Of a DNA stretch of 64,000 nt, positions 37,734 through 46,370 are shown in pieces. The notes under the pieces are model-generated. The model worked only from the letters and a program-made list of their open reading frames with translations. It was not told where the DNA came from and ran no database searches. The stretch's first letter is position 1, and each line of letters opens with the position of its first letter. Position numbers and translations under genes: made by a program. This DNA is from Myxococcales bacterium (GTDB taxonomy: Bacteria > Myxococcota_A > Polyangia > Polyangiales > Polyangiaceae). Where the stretch lies: positions 151,811 to 215,810 of the forward strand of contig JANYHK010000120.1 of assembly GCA_025359105.1 (NCBI GenBank), written 5' to 3'.

Positions 37734-39671
37734 GTGAGCGAGGACACTCTCTGGAACGTGAACGGCGACGGTGCCGCCTCTCCCGCCGCGGAGCCCTCCC
37801 CGCACCAGCCTGTCGCTTCGAGCGCGCGCGTCCTCGCGGCACTCGGCGCGCCGCTCACCACCATCCTCGAGAGCAGCGTCGATTCGATCTTCATCACATC
37901 CATCGACGGCGCCATCTTCGAGGCGAACGCCGCAGGATGCGCTCTCCTCGGCTACACGGCGGACGAGATGCGGAAGCTCTCGCGCGAGGACGTGCTCGAC
38001 CCAAACGATCGACGGCTCGTGCCGGCGCTGGAGCTGCGACTGTCCGGCGGGGCGGCACGTGCTCGGATCACGCTCGTCAAGAAGGACGGTCAGCGCTTCG
38101 AGGGAGAAGTCTCGAGCACGAGGTTCGACGCGCTCGACGGCACGCCGTACGTCTGGGTACGCGTCCGCGATCTCACCGAGCTGCATCGATCGGAGTCCGC
38201 GCTGAACGAGTCCGCGCTGCAGCTCCGCGCCCTCTCGGAGGCGACCTTCGAGTCGGCCTTCGTCCACGAGGCCGGGACCATCCTCTTCACCAACGCGGCC
38301 GCCGAGCGCACCTATCGCGCGGCGCCGGGCGGGCTCCGCGGGCAGGCGCTGATGGACTTCGTGGCGCCCGAGTCGCGAGAGCTGGTGCAAAGGTACACTG
38401 CGGAGGGGAACGAAGGTCCGTACGAAGCGTACGGGCTGCGCGCCGACGGGACGACGTTCCCGGTCGAAGTGCAGGCGCGGAACATCGAGTTCGCTGGCAA
38501 GCGAGCGCGCGTCGTTGCGCTCCGCGATCTGACCGCACGAAAGCGCATCGAGCAAGAGCTGGCCCGCGCCGATCGGATGGCGTCGCTCGGGACGCTCGCC
38601 GCGGGCATTGCGCACGAGATCAACAACCCGCTCACCTTCATCACGACCAACCTCGACGCCGCGCGACGCGGGCTCGACAGCGCGCTAGGGGTGAATGCGG
38701 AGGCGCTGCGAGCCGCACTCGCCGACGCGTGCGTCGGCGCGGACCGCGTGCGGCGCATCGTGCAGGACATGGGCGTGTTCGCCCGCGCGCGCGACGAGGA
38801 GACGGGACCCGTGGAGCTCGCGCCAATCGCGACCTACGCGGCCGGCGTGGCACGGGCGGAGTTTCGCCACCGGGCGCGCCTCGAGGTCGACGTCGGCAAC
38901 GTTCCGCCCGTCAACGGCAACGAGACTCGGCTCGGTCAGGTCCTCATCAATCTCCTGGTCAACGCCGCGCAGGCCATTCCGGAAGGGGCGGCGGAACGCA
39001 ACTTGATCTCCCTCCGCGCGCGACACCACGGAAGCTCGCACGTGGCCATCGAGGTCAGCGACACCGGAAGCGGCATGACCCCCGAGCTCGTCGCCCGCGC
39101 ATTCGACCCGTTCGTGACGACGAAGGAGGGAAGCGGCGCCGGGCTGGGCCTCTCGATCTGCCACCGCATCGTCTGTGGTCTCGGGGGGACGATAGAGGCC
39201 GAGAGCGAGCTCGGGCGCGGCTCGACGTTTCGCGTCGTCCTTCCCGTGGCGACCCGTTCGCTTCCCGCACGGCCCGCGCACGTCGAGGCGCCGCCGCCCT
39301 CCGCGCGGCGTAGACGCGTCCTCATCGTCGACGACGAAGCCGTCTTGCGTCGATCACTCGCGCGCCTCCTCGGAGAGGACCATGAGGTCGTCGACTGCGG
39401 CAGCGCCCAGGAGGCGCTCGCTCTGCTCGCGACGGGCGCGCGCTTCGACGCCGTGCTCTCGGACCTCATGATGCCCGAGATGACCGGCATGGACCTCTAC
39501 GATGCGCTCATCGAGTCGTATCCGTCCGTGGCCTCGCGGACGGTATTCCTCACGGGCGGCGTGTATACGGAGCGGGCGCAGCGCTTCCTCGACGGCGGGG
39601 TTCGGTACCTCGACAAGCCGTTCACCCTCGACGCGCTGAACGCAGCCCTCGAAGCGGCCATGCGCAGTTGA
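37734..39671 (+). CDS. hybrid sensor histidine kinase (PAS-PAS-HisKA-HATPase-receiver)
   Basis: GTG start. Two PAS-like segments, HisKA (GIAHEINNPLTFITTN), HATPase_c (DTGSGMTPELVARAFDPFVTTKEGSGAGLGLSICHRIV), and a C-terminal receiver (VLIVDDEAVLRRSL...DAVLSDLMMPEMTGMDLY...VFLTGG). Confidence 0.88.
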   Translation: MSEDTLWNVNGDGAASPAAEPSPHQPVASSARVLAALGAPLTTILESSVDSIFITSIDGAIFEANAAGCALLGYTADEMRKLSREDVLDPNDRRLVPALELRLSGGAARARITLVKKDGQRFEGEVSSTRFDALDGTPYVWVRVRDLTELHRSESALNESALQLRALSEATFESAFVHEAGTILFTNAAAERTYRAAPGGLRGQALMDFVAPESRELVQRYTAEGNEGPYEAYGLRADGTTFPVEVQARNIEFAGKRARVVALRDLTARKRIEQELARADRMASLGTLAAGIAHEINNPLTFITTNLDAARRGLDSALGVNAEALRAALADACVGADRVRRIVQDMGVFARARDEETGPVELAPIATYAAGVARAEFRHRARLEVDVGNVPPVNGNETRLGQVLINLLVNAAQAIPEGAAERNLISLRARHHGSSHVAIEVSDTGSGMTPELVARAFDPFVTTKEGSGAGLGLSICHRIVCGLGGTIEAESELGRGSTFRVVLPVATRSLPARPAHVEAPPPSARRRRVLIVDDEAVLRRSLARLLGEDHEVVDCGSAQEALALLATGARFDAVLSDLMMPEMTGMDLYDALIESYPSVASRTVFLTGGVYTERAQRFLDGGVRYLDKPFTLDALNAALEAAMRS

Positions 39672-39895
39672 CCCGACCCAGGGGTCGACGTCGCCCGCGC
39701 GCTCCTTCTGATCGCCGATCGCCACCCGGCTGATTTGTGGGATGTGCCGGCAAGCGGGTGCACCTGCGCGGCGGTCGGAGGTGCGCGTACGTGTGCCGTG
39801 GTTCGGCGACCCATTCGCGCCGGTCGTGCGTTTTCTTGCGGCTGGGCTGACTCTTCCGCCCACTGAAGAGGCGGATCAAACCAAGGAGGAAACGA

Positions 39896-40903
39896 ATGCG
39901 GTCGCTTCACCTGCTTAGGTTCGTCACGTTCGTCATGGTCGGTGTGGGCATCATTTGGGGCTGTGGCGGAGCCAACAGCACCGCGACGCTCGCGGGAGGT
40001 GACGACGGAGGCGGTGGCGACGGATCGAGCAGCGGTACCAGCGGCGGCAGCAGCGGTACCAGCGGTACCAGCGGTGCGAGTGGAACGAGCGGTGCGAGTG
40101 GAACGAGCGGTACGAGCGGCAGCAGCGGTACGAGCGGCGACAGCGGCGGCAGCAGCGGCACCCTCGCGGACGGCTCAACGGCATGCGGCGCGGTCAATCA
40201 ACCGTGTTGCACGACGGGCGGCGCGTGCGCGACCGGCGGGACGTGCTCCGGCGGAACGTGCGTCGCGTGCGGGGGTCCCGGCCAGGCGTGCTGCCCCGGG
40301 CAGCAGTGCTCGACGGGCAACGTGTGCAATGGCACCGGTGGCGGTCCCCGCACCTGCGCCCCGTGCGGCGGCGCGGCCCAGCCGTGCTGCGCGTCGAGCA
40401 CGTGCAACGGCGGCGGCTGCTGCGTCGCACGCAACTGCGTCGCGGCGGGCGGCACGTGCACCGGCGTGACCGGCGGTCCGACGTGCAACGCGGGCAGCTG
40501 CGGCACCTGCGGCGCTGCGGGTCAGCCGTGCTGCAACAATCAGCAGTGCACGGCCGGTGGCGTGGTCTGCGAGCAAGGGACGTGCGCCGCGTGCGGCGCC
40601 GACGGCCAGGTCTGCTGCGCCGGCGATCAGTGCAACCCCAACCTCGCGTGCGGCAATGGCGGCACCTGCGGGGCGTGCGGCGGCGCGGGCCAGACGTGCT
40701 GCCCGGGTCGGACCTGCGGCGGCGGCCTCGGCTGCGGCCCCGGCGACACCTGTCAGCAGTGCGGCGGTCCCGGCCAGGCGTGCTGCGCCGGTCGGGCGTG
40801 CGGAAGCGGAGGCTGCTGCGATCAGAGCCTCTGCATCGCGCCCGGCACGACGTGCAGCCAGGGCAACAACCCGGTGTGCGCTGGTCAGACCTGCCCCAAC
40901 TGA
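39896..40903 (+). CDS. cysteine-rich repeat lipoprotein (about 7 copies of a CG..GQ.CC....C module) with G/S-rich linker
   Basis: RBS AAGGAGGAAACGA. MRSLHLLRFVTFVMVGVGIIWGCGG lipobox, a (SGT)n linker, then repeated CGGPGQACCPGQQC-type modules, 335 aa. Confidence 0.8.
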   Translation: MRSLHLLRFVTFVMVGVGIIWGCGGANSTATLAGGDDGGGGDGSSSGTSGGSSGTSGTSGASGTSGASGTSGTSGSSGTSGDSGGSSGTLADGSTACGAVNQPCCTTGGACATGGTCSGGTCVACGGPGQACCPGQQCSTGNVCNGTGGGPRTCAPCGGAAQPCCASSTCNGGGCCVARNCVAAGGTCTGVTGGPTCNAGSCGTCGAAGQPCCNNQQCTAGGVVCEQGTCAACGADGQVCCAGDQCNPNLACGNGGTCGACGGAGQTCCPGRTCGGGLGCGPGDTCQQCGGPGQACCAGRACGSGGCCDQSLCIAPGTTCSQGNNPVCAGQTCPN

Positions 40904-40920
40904 GTCGCGGAGCGGCCAAA

Positions 40921-40951
40921 GGAACCTGGTGTTTTTCGCACACCAGGTTCC
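40921..40951 (+). terminator. perfect 12-bp stem-loop immediately downstream of the Cys-rich lipoprotein gene
   Basis: ggaacctggtgt-ttttcgc-acaccaggttcc, seen directly 18 nt after the stop. Confidence 0.55.
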
Positions 40952-41152
40952 CGTCCGGGTCACCGCCCCCGCTTCGCCCGACGGACTCCCGTGTGGCGGA
41001 CGAGCTCGAGAAACCAGCGAGGACCAGACCTACGAGGTCGCGCGCAAGCTCGCCGAGCGCATGAAGCGGGGCGCTCGACACGGGCACGCGCACGATGACG
41101 ACCGAAGTGCGCGTGCCCGTCGAGCGCGACACCGGCGCGGCGATCGAGATCG

Positions 41153-42286
41153 TTACTCTGGGCCATTGCGTCCTTCGCCGTCGTCGCGAATCACGTGGTA
41201 CTCCGACACCGTACGACTCTCGCGCGGGGGACGCGAGCTGATTGGCCGATCGCTTCCGCCAGACCTTGGCGCACTCGGGAGTATCGACGACCGCACGGGT
41301 CCTGGCCTCCCGGAGGGGCGCTGGGGCCGATGCACCATGACGAACGCCTCGGCCATCTCCTTGGCGCTCTGGAAGCGTTGCTCGGGGTCAGGATGCAACG
41401 CGCGCTCGAACCAGGCATCGAGCGTGACCCCGAGCTCGCTCTTCACGCTCCGGAGGCTCGACGGAGGCGCCGGCCTGGTCTGCGTGTGCTCGAGGAGCAT
41501 CTCGCCGAGCGTCGTGCCCTGGTACGGGAGTCGTCCGGTGAAGCACTCGTAGGCGACGACGGCGAGGCTGTAGAGATCGCTGCGCGCGTCCGGCGAGCGG
41601 CCGTGGAGAAGGACTTCGGGGCTCATGTACTGAAGCGTTCCGGCGACCTCGCGGCGCACCGACGCGCCGCTCTCGCGCCCGCGCAGCCGAGCGATACCGA
41701 AGTCCAGGACCTTGACGAGCGGCCGCTCCGTCGCCTCGTCACAGAGGAAGATGTTCTCCGGCTTGATGTCCATGTGGACGACGCCGACCGAGTGGGCGCG
41801 CGCGAGGGCGCGGCTGGTCTGAACGATCAGCTCCGCGCACAGCGCGAGCGACAGACGACCTTCGCGCCCCATGCGGACGCCGAGCTCGTCACCGGTGAGC
41901 AGCTCGTACGCGATGTACGGCGCGCCGTCGTCGTCGACCCCGCGATCGAGGACCCGAACGACGTTCGGGCTCAGCATTCGCGCCGACAGCTCGGCCTCGT
42001 CGGCGAACCGCGCGAGCAGGCGCTCGCGCTCGCTACCGGCTGCCGCGCCGCGCTGCAGCTTGAGCGCCACGTCGATGTCGAGGCGCTGATCGCGCGCGCG
42101 CCAGACCGTGCCCATCCCGCCGTCCCCGATCGGCTCGATCAGCCGATAGCGCTTTGCGATGCACCTGCCTGCCGCGATCGCCGTCTGCACGATGTGGCCC
42201 CCCTCCGCGACCTGTGCGCGCACCTCACTAGAGTGGGTGGAGGTGCTGGATAGGTGGCACCTTTGTGAGGGGTGAGCTGCTTTCAT
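41153..42286 (-). CDS. serine/threonine protein kinase (non-RD variant)
   Basis: Glycine loop IGDGGMGTVW, catalytic loop HMDIKPENIFL (HMD rather than HRD), DFG (LDFGIA) and APE-like motifs. The start is uncertain; 42286 is the track ATG. Confidence 0.85.
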   Translation of the reverse strand: MKAAHPSQRCHLSSTSTHSSEVRAQVAEGGHIVQTAIAAGRCIAKRYRLIEPIGDGGMGTVWRARDQRLDIDVALKLQRGAAAGSERERLLARFADEAELSARMLSPNVVRVLDRGVDDDGAPYIAYELLTGDELGVRMGREGRLSLALCAELIVQTSRALARAHSVGVVHMDIKPENIFLCDEATERPLVKVLDFGIARLRGRESGASVRREVAGTLQYMSPEVLLHGRSPDARSDLYSLAVVAYECFTGRLPYQGTTLGEMLLEHTQTRPAPPSSLRSVKSELGVTLDAWFERALHPDPEQRFQSAKEMAEAFVMVHRPQRPSGRPGPVRSSILPSAPRSGGSDRPISSRPPRESRTVSEYHVIRDDGEGRNGPE

Positions 42287-42372
42287 CGAGAACTGTTGTC
42301 CTTTTTAGTGAATTTCCTCGGCTGCAATCAGCGCGAGACCAGGTCGGGAAAGGAGAGCGCCGAGCCGATCGC

Positions 42373-42882
42373 TCAACCGGACGTCGCGTCCGCGGAAGCG
42401 TCCGCGGCGACGCACGCGAAGCTCGATCGCGGGCAGTTGGGCGCGTCGAAGATCGCGGGGCCGGCGTTGCACGTGTCACCGCCGAGCATCGTCGCGCCGG
42501 AGTGCACGGAGGCGACCAGGTTCCCGGTCGCAGGATCGTAGTAGTAGCTCGTCACCGTGTCGGTGCCCTGCAGCTCGGCGACGTCGTAGCCGCCGCACGG
42601 GGACGAGGTGACCTTGAGTGAGCAGCCGGACGACGCGCAGCACGCCGCGGCGCGCGCGGTGGCGAGCGTCGGGTAGGGGCAATCTGCGGACGGGGTCGCG
42701 CAGACGGCGGCGACCCTGGCCGTGCACGCGATGGTGACGGTTCCACCGTCGACGGTCGCGTCGCCCCCGCCCGCGTCCGCGTTGCTCCCCGTGGATGAGG
42801 TGGAGCTGCACGCGGCGAGCGCGAGCGCGGAAACGAGAAGAGGAATAAAAGTGATGGGCGAAAAGCGGAGGGAAAGCTTCAT
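42373..42882 (-). CDS. hypothetical Cys-containing lipoprotein
   Basis: MKLSLRFSPITFIPLLVSALALAACSS lipobox with AT-richer codons in the signal peptide. Confidence 0.6.
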   Translation of the reverse strand: MKLSLRFSPITFIPLLVSALALAACSSTSSTGSNADAGGGDATVDGGTVTIACTARVAAVCATPSADCPYPTLATARAAACCASSGCSLKVTSSPCGGYDVAELQGTDTVTSYYYDPATGNLVASVHSGATMLGGDTCNAGPAIFDAPNCPRSSFACVAADASADATSG

Positions 42883-43068
42883 GGACTCTCAACCAGCGAA
42901 TCGCGTGCCAAGCGCGCGGCGCGCGGAAGTCTGCGTCTCGTTACGCGCGCGATCGCCACACCGTGGCGCCGTTGAAAGGCATGGCGCGTCGAGCCGGTTC
43001 CCTGTGCCGTCCGTGCCACCCCTCAAGTGGCGCAATCACGACGCATCGAAGAGCCCAACCGTGTCGGC

Positions 43069-44118
43069 TTAGAACCGCTCCAGCCGCTCGCGCGCGTCCC
43101 AGCCGGACGCCACGGTGAGCAGGGGCTCGGCGTCGCGGCTCGCCCAGCTCACGCTGGTGTGGACGTGAACGGGTCGGACGCGGTTTTCGGGAAGCGCGCC
43201 GAGCTTGCCGAGCGCCGGCGTCGCCGCCGCCGCGCGCGGCTCGGCCTTCGCCTTGTCCTGCGCCGCGGGCGGGCCCTCGGCGTCGAGCGCGGGAAGGTGC
43301 ACGTCCGTGACGAAGGTGGCCGTACGTCCTTGGCCTCTCTCGGTCTCGAGGCTGACGCGGAGATGCGCGCACTGGCTCGAGGCGAAGCCGCCGTCGATGG
43401 TGGCGAACAGACCGCGGTCGCGCTGCGGGCCGTGCTCGGGCGGCGGATTCACGAACACGACGTGCACCTTGCGACCGTCCTTGCCCGCGTAGATCGCTCC
43501 GCCGCCGACGACCATGGCCACGCGCGTGAGCGGGAGCGTCGCGCGCCCGATGAGGCGCGTGCCGCGCGTGGTCGGATCGACCCACGCGTCGATGGTCTCG
43601 AGGGCCACGCGTCCGGGCTCCTGGACGAGGCGCTCGGAGTGGACTGCCTCTACGCGCGCGCCCTGCGCCGCCGAAGCGGCCATCATGATGAAGGGCTGGA
43701 GCGCGGGGTTCCACTCCCGGGTGCTCTCGCCGTCGGCCTCGCGAAACCCGCTCTGCTGGGCCTGGGTGAAGCAGGCCTCGTTGTTCGGCGCCGGCTGGCC
43801 GCTGCCGAAGCCGCGGCCTTGCACCATCTCTCGCGCACGCTCGGCTGTCGCCGCGAGGACGGCGTAGTCGTTCCCTCTGTGCCCTTGGTTCTTCGACCTC
43901 GCGAGGAAGAACCCGGGGGCCTTCTCGGACGAGGGGATGGACGTCGGCGGCTTCGGCGCGCTGGGTGGGTCCGGCACGCGGCCGTTGGGGAGCGACGAGA
44001 ACGCCGCGCTGCCTGTGCCGGGAGAGGCGGCGGTGGCAGGCGCGGCGTCCGCGGCGAACGCGGTCGCGGCGACGAGGAGGGCGGCGATCGCGATGCCGAA
44101 GCTCGCAAGGCGCTTCAT
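43069..44118 (-). CDS. secreted hypothetical protein (349 aa), translationally coupled to the upstream di-heme peroxidase gene
   Basis: Real start ATG 44118 (MKRLASFGIAIAALLVAATAFAADA, Sec signal); the upstream part of the track ORF is R-rich junk. The ATG overlaps the peroxidase stop (ATGA). Confidence 0.65.
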   Translation of the reverse strand: MKRLASFGIAIAALLVAATAFAADAAPATAASPGTGSAAFSSLPNGRVPDPPSAPKPPTSIPSSEKAPGFFLARSKNQGHRGNDYAVLAATAERAREMVQGRGFGSGQPAPNNEACFTQAQQSGFREADGESTREWNPALQPFIMMAASAAQGARVEAVHSERLVQEPGRVALETIDAWVDPTTRGTRLIGRATLPLTRVAMVVGGGAIYAGKDGRKVHVVFVNPPPEHGPQRDRGLFATIDGGFASSQCAHLRVSLETERGQGRTATFVTDVHLPALDAEGPPAAQDKAKAEPRAAAATPALGKLGALPENRVRPVHVHTSVSWASRDAEPLLTVASGWDARERLERF

Positions 44119-46154
44119 AGCGTCCTCAAGTAGGCCTCGAGCGCGTCGAGGTCGGCGGCCGAGAGCTGTTTGGTGTGCCCCATCTTTCCGTCCGTGTCGC
44201 GCAGTAGGTCGTGAAGCGTCGCGTAGCGGCCGTCGTGGAAGTAGGGGCCCGCGCCGCCGATCAAGTGGAGCGACGGTGTGCGGAAGCCGGCTCCGCGATC
44301 GCCCTCGGCTCTGCTCTGGACGTCGTGCAACACGCCGTCGCTGAAGGTGGGACCGCTGTGGCACGTCGCGCACTCCGCTTCCTTCGAGGAAAAGAGCTTG
44401 GCACCACGGGCGACCTTCGGATCGGAGGTTGGTGATGGGGCGTCGACCGGCGGACGCATCGTCGACAGGTACGCGACGAGCCCGTCGAGCTCGAGGCCGC
44501 GCACGCCGCTTCCGTCGAGCCGGTCGAACGTCTTGCCCAGGTGCTCGCGCAATGTCTTGGACGACCCATTCCAGGCGAACGCCTTCTGCGACGCGACGCG
44601 GCCCGCGAGCAAGATCGATCGGCGCGGCCCTTCCGGGGTCGCCCAGGTGATCGCGTCGTCACGCCCATCGGGGTGGCAGCTCGCGCAGGCGCGGCCGTCC
44701 TTGGAGATGCGCGTGTCGCCGCCCATGTGGAAGACGAGGCGGCCGAGCGCGACGTCGGAGGGGAGCGTCGTCGCCGCCGGCGCTAGCGCGACGCTCGGGG
44801 GGCGCACGGAGGCCTCGGTCTTCTCGTCGCTGGCGTCGGGGCCGGTGAGCGCCAGGATCGACACGGAGCGATCGAACTGCGACCATACGATCGCGCGCGG
44901 CTTCTCCGGGTCGACCGCGATCCCCGACGGGCCGGGACCGACCGACCAGCGCCGGCGCTCGGAGCCCGCGGGGGAGGCCGACCCGGCGTCGTAGGCGATG
45001 ACGTCGTCGATGCCGAAGCACGTTACGAGGAGCGTGCGCGTCCGCGCATCGGTCGCTGCGGCGCGCGGGAGCAGGCATGCCTCGCGGTGATCGCGCGCGC
45101 TCTTCTCGCCGCGCCACGTGAAGTCGCGCTGGATGGTGAGGGACGCCTCGAACGGCTCCGCGGTGCCCTCGTCGAGCACGGCGACTGCCGCTGTCTCGGT
45201 GGCGGCGTTCCCGTTGCCGTAGCCCTCGGTGCGGACCTCCGCGCTCCCGGGGTCCACGAACACCTGCGGCGCGAGGATGCGCCCGCCCGGGGCGGCCGAT
45301 TTCGCCAGCGCGAACCCCTGGCAACCGGCGTGCTCCTGCGCCGCGAGCTGCTTGGCGAGGGCCGCGCGCTGCTCCAGGCTGAGCTGCTCGCGCATCTGCT
45401 CGAAGCGCTTCTTCTGCAGCTTCACCGATCCGAAATTGTCCCCGCGGCTCGCGACGCGAACGGCTCGGACGTCGTGCGACGGCTTGCGCAGGTCGACGGC
45501 GCTGATGATCGAGCCTACCGCGTGGGACACGAACGCGGTCGCGCCATCGTCGGCGATGACCACCGCGCGCGGCTCGCGCGCCAGCGGGACTTCGTACTGT
45601 TTCGCCAGCTTGCCGGCGTCGAACGCGGCCAGCGACCGGCCCCACCCGCTCGACACGAAGAGCGTCCGATCGTCGGGCGACGCGGCCAGCCCCACCGGCT
45701 CGGGGGCGACGTCGATGGCGCAACGCGCGGCGAGCGGCGTGTCTGCGCGCTCGGCCTCGAGCACCTGCAAGCGCGCGCGGTCGCGGAGCAGCACGAGGAC
45801 GCGACCGTCGGCGGTCACCATGATCTGCGAAGGAGCGCCGTCGAGCGGCGTCGGCGGCAGCTCCTTCTTCGTGTCGAGGTCGAGCGCGGCGATCGCGTGC
45901 GCGTCCTCGTCGGCGATGAGCGCGACGTTGCGCGTCCCGATCTTCGCGAGCGCGATGGCCCCGCCGGCGCGCGGCTGCCCGAGTGGCGTCGCGATCGAGC
46001 CGCGGCGGCACGAGGCGCCGCCGGCCGCGACGGAGGCCTTCGGGCTCTCGATCGCGGCGCCCTTGGCGGTGTGACTCCCGGCGCACCCCGTGGCGAGGCC
46101 CGCGGGCAAGAGCACCAGCAATAGAAGCGAGCCGATCTTCGCGGATGTCGTCAT
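44115..46154 (-). CDS. di-heme cytochrome c peroxidase (CCP/MauG family) fused to an N-terminal beta-propeller domain; lipoprotein
   Basis: Lipobox LATGCAG. The N-terminal roughly 400 aa are propeller-like repeats. The C-terminus has two CxxCH motifs (CASCH, CATCH) in a CCP/MauG-like context (...GRACASCHPDGRDD...GPYFHDGRYATLHDL). Confidence 0.85.
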   Translation of the reverse strand: MTTSAKIGSLLLLVLLPAGLATGCAGSHTAKGAAIESPKASVAAGGASCRRGSIATPLGQPRAGGAIALAKIGTRNVALIADEDAHAIAALDLDTKKELPPTPLDGAPSQIMVTADGRVLVLLRDRARLQVLEAERADTPLAARCAIDVAPEPVGLAASPDDRTLFVSSGWGRSLAAFDAGKLAKQYEVPLAREPRAVVIADDGATAFVSHAVGSIISAVDLRKPSHDVRAVRVASRGDNFGSVKLQKKRFEQMREQLSLEQRAALAKQLAAQEHAGCQGFALAKSAAPGGRILAPQVFVDPGSAEVRTEGYGNGNAATETAAVAVLDEGTAEPFEASLTIQRDFTWRGEKSARDHREACLLPRAAATDARTRTLLVTCFGIDDVIAYDAGSASPAGSERRRWSVGPGPSGIAVDPEKPRAIVWSQFDRSVSILALTGPDASDEKTEASVRPPSVALAPAATTLPSDVALGRLVFHMGGDTRISKDGRACASCHPDGRDDAITWATPEGPRRSILLAGRVASQKAFAWNGSSKTLREHLGKTFDRLDGSGVRGLELDGLVAYLSTMRPPVDAPSPTSDPKVARGAKLFSSKEAECATCHSGPTFSDGVLHDVQSRAEGDRGAGFRTPSLHLIGGAGPYFHDGRYATLHDLLRDTDGKMGHTKQLSAADLDALEAYLRTL

Positions 46155-46370
46155 GTCGTTCCTTCGCGTCTCCTCGCGCTATTTGGTACGCGCGCGTGGT
46201 GCCCCCCGTTCCCGGTGCGGGGGCCCACCTTGCCGACACCCGGGCGCACCCGAGAGTTTCCAAAAAAACGTCGGGGACGACGGGGAGATTCCCGCCGTGC
46301 AGCCGTATGCGGCGGACGAACAATGGCAGTGGTTGTTTCTCGCCGAGCCGTCGGGCGCTGATACCGTGCG

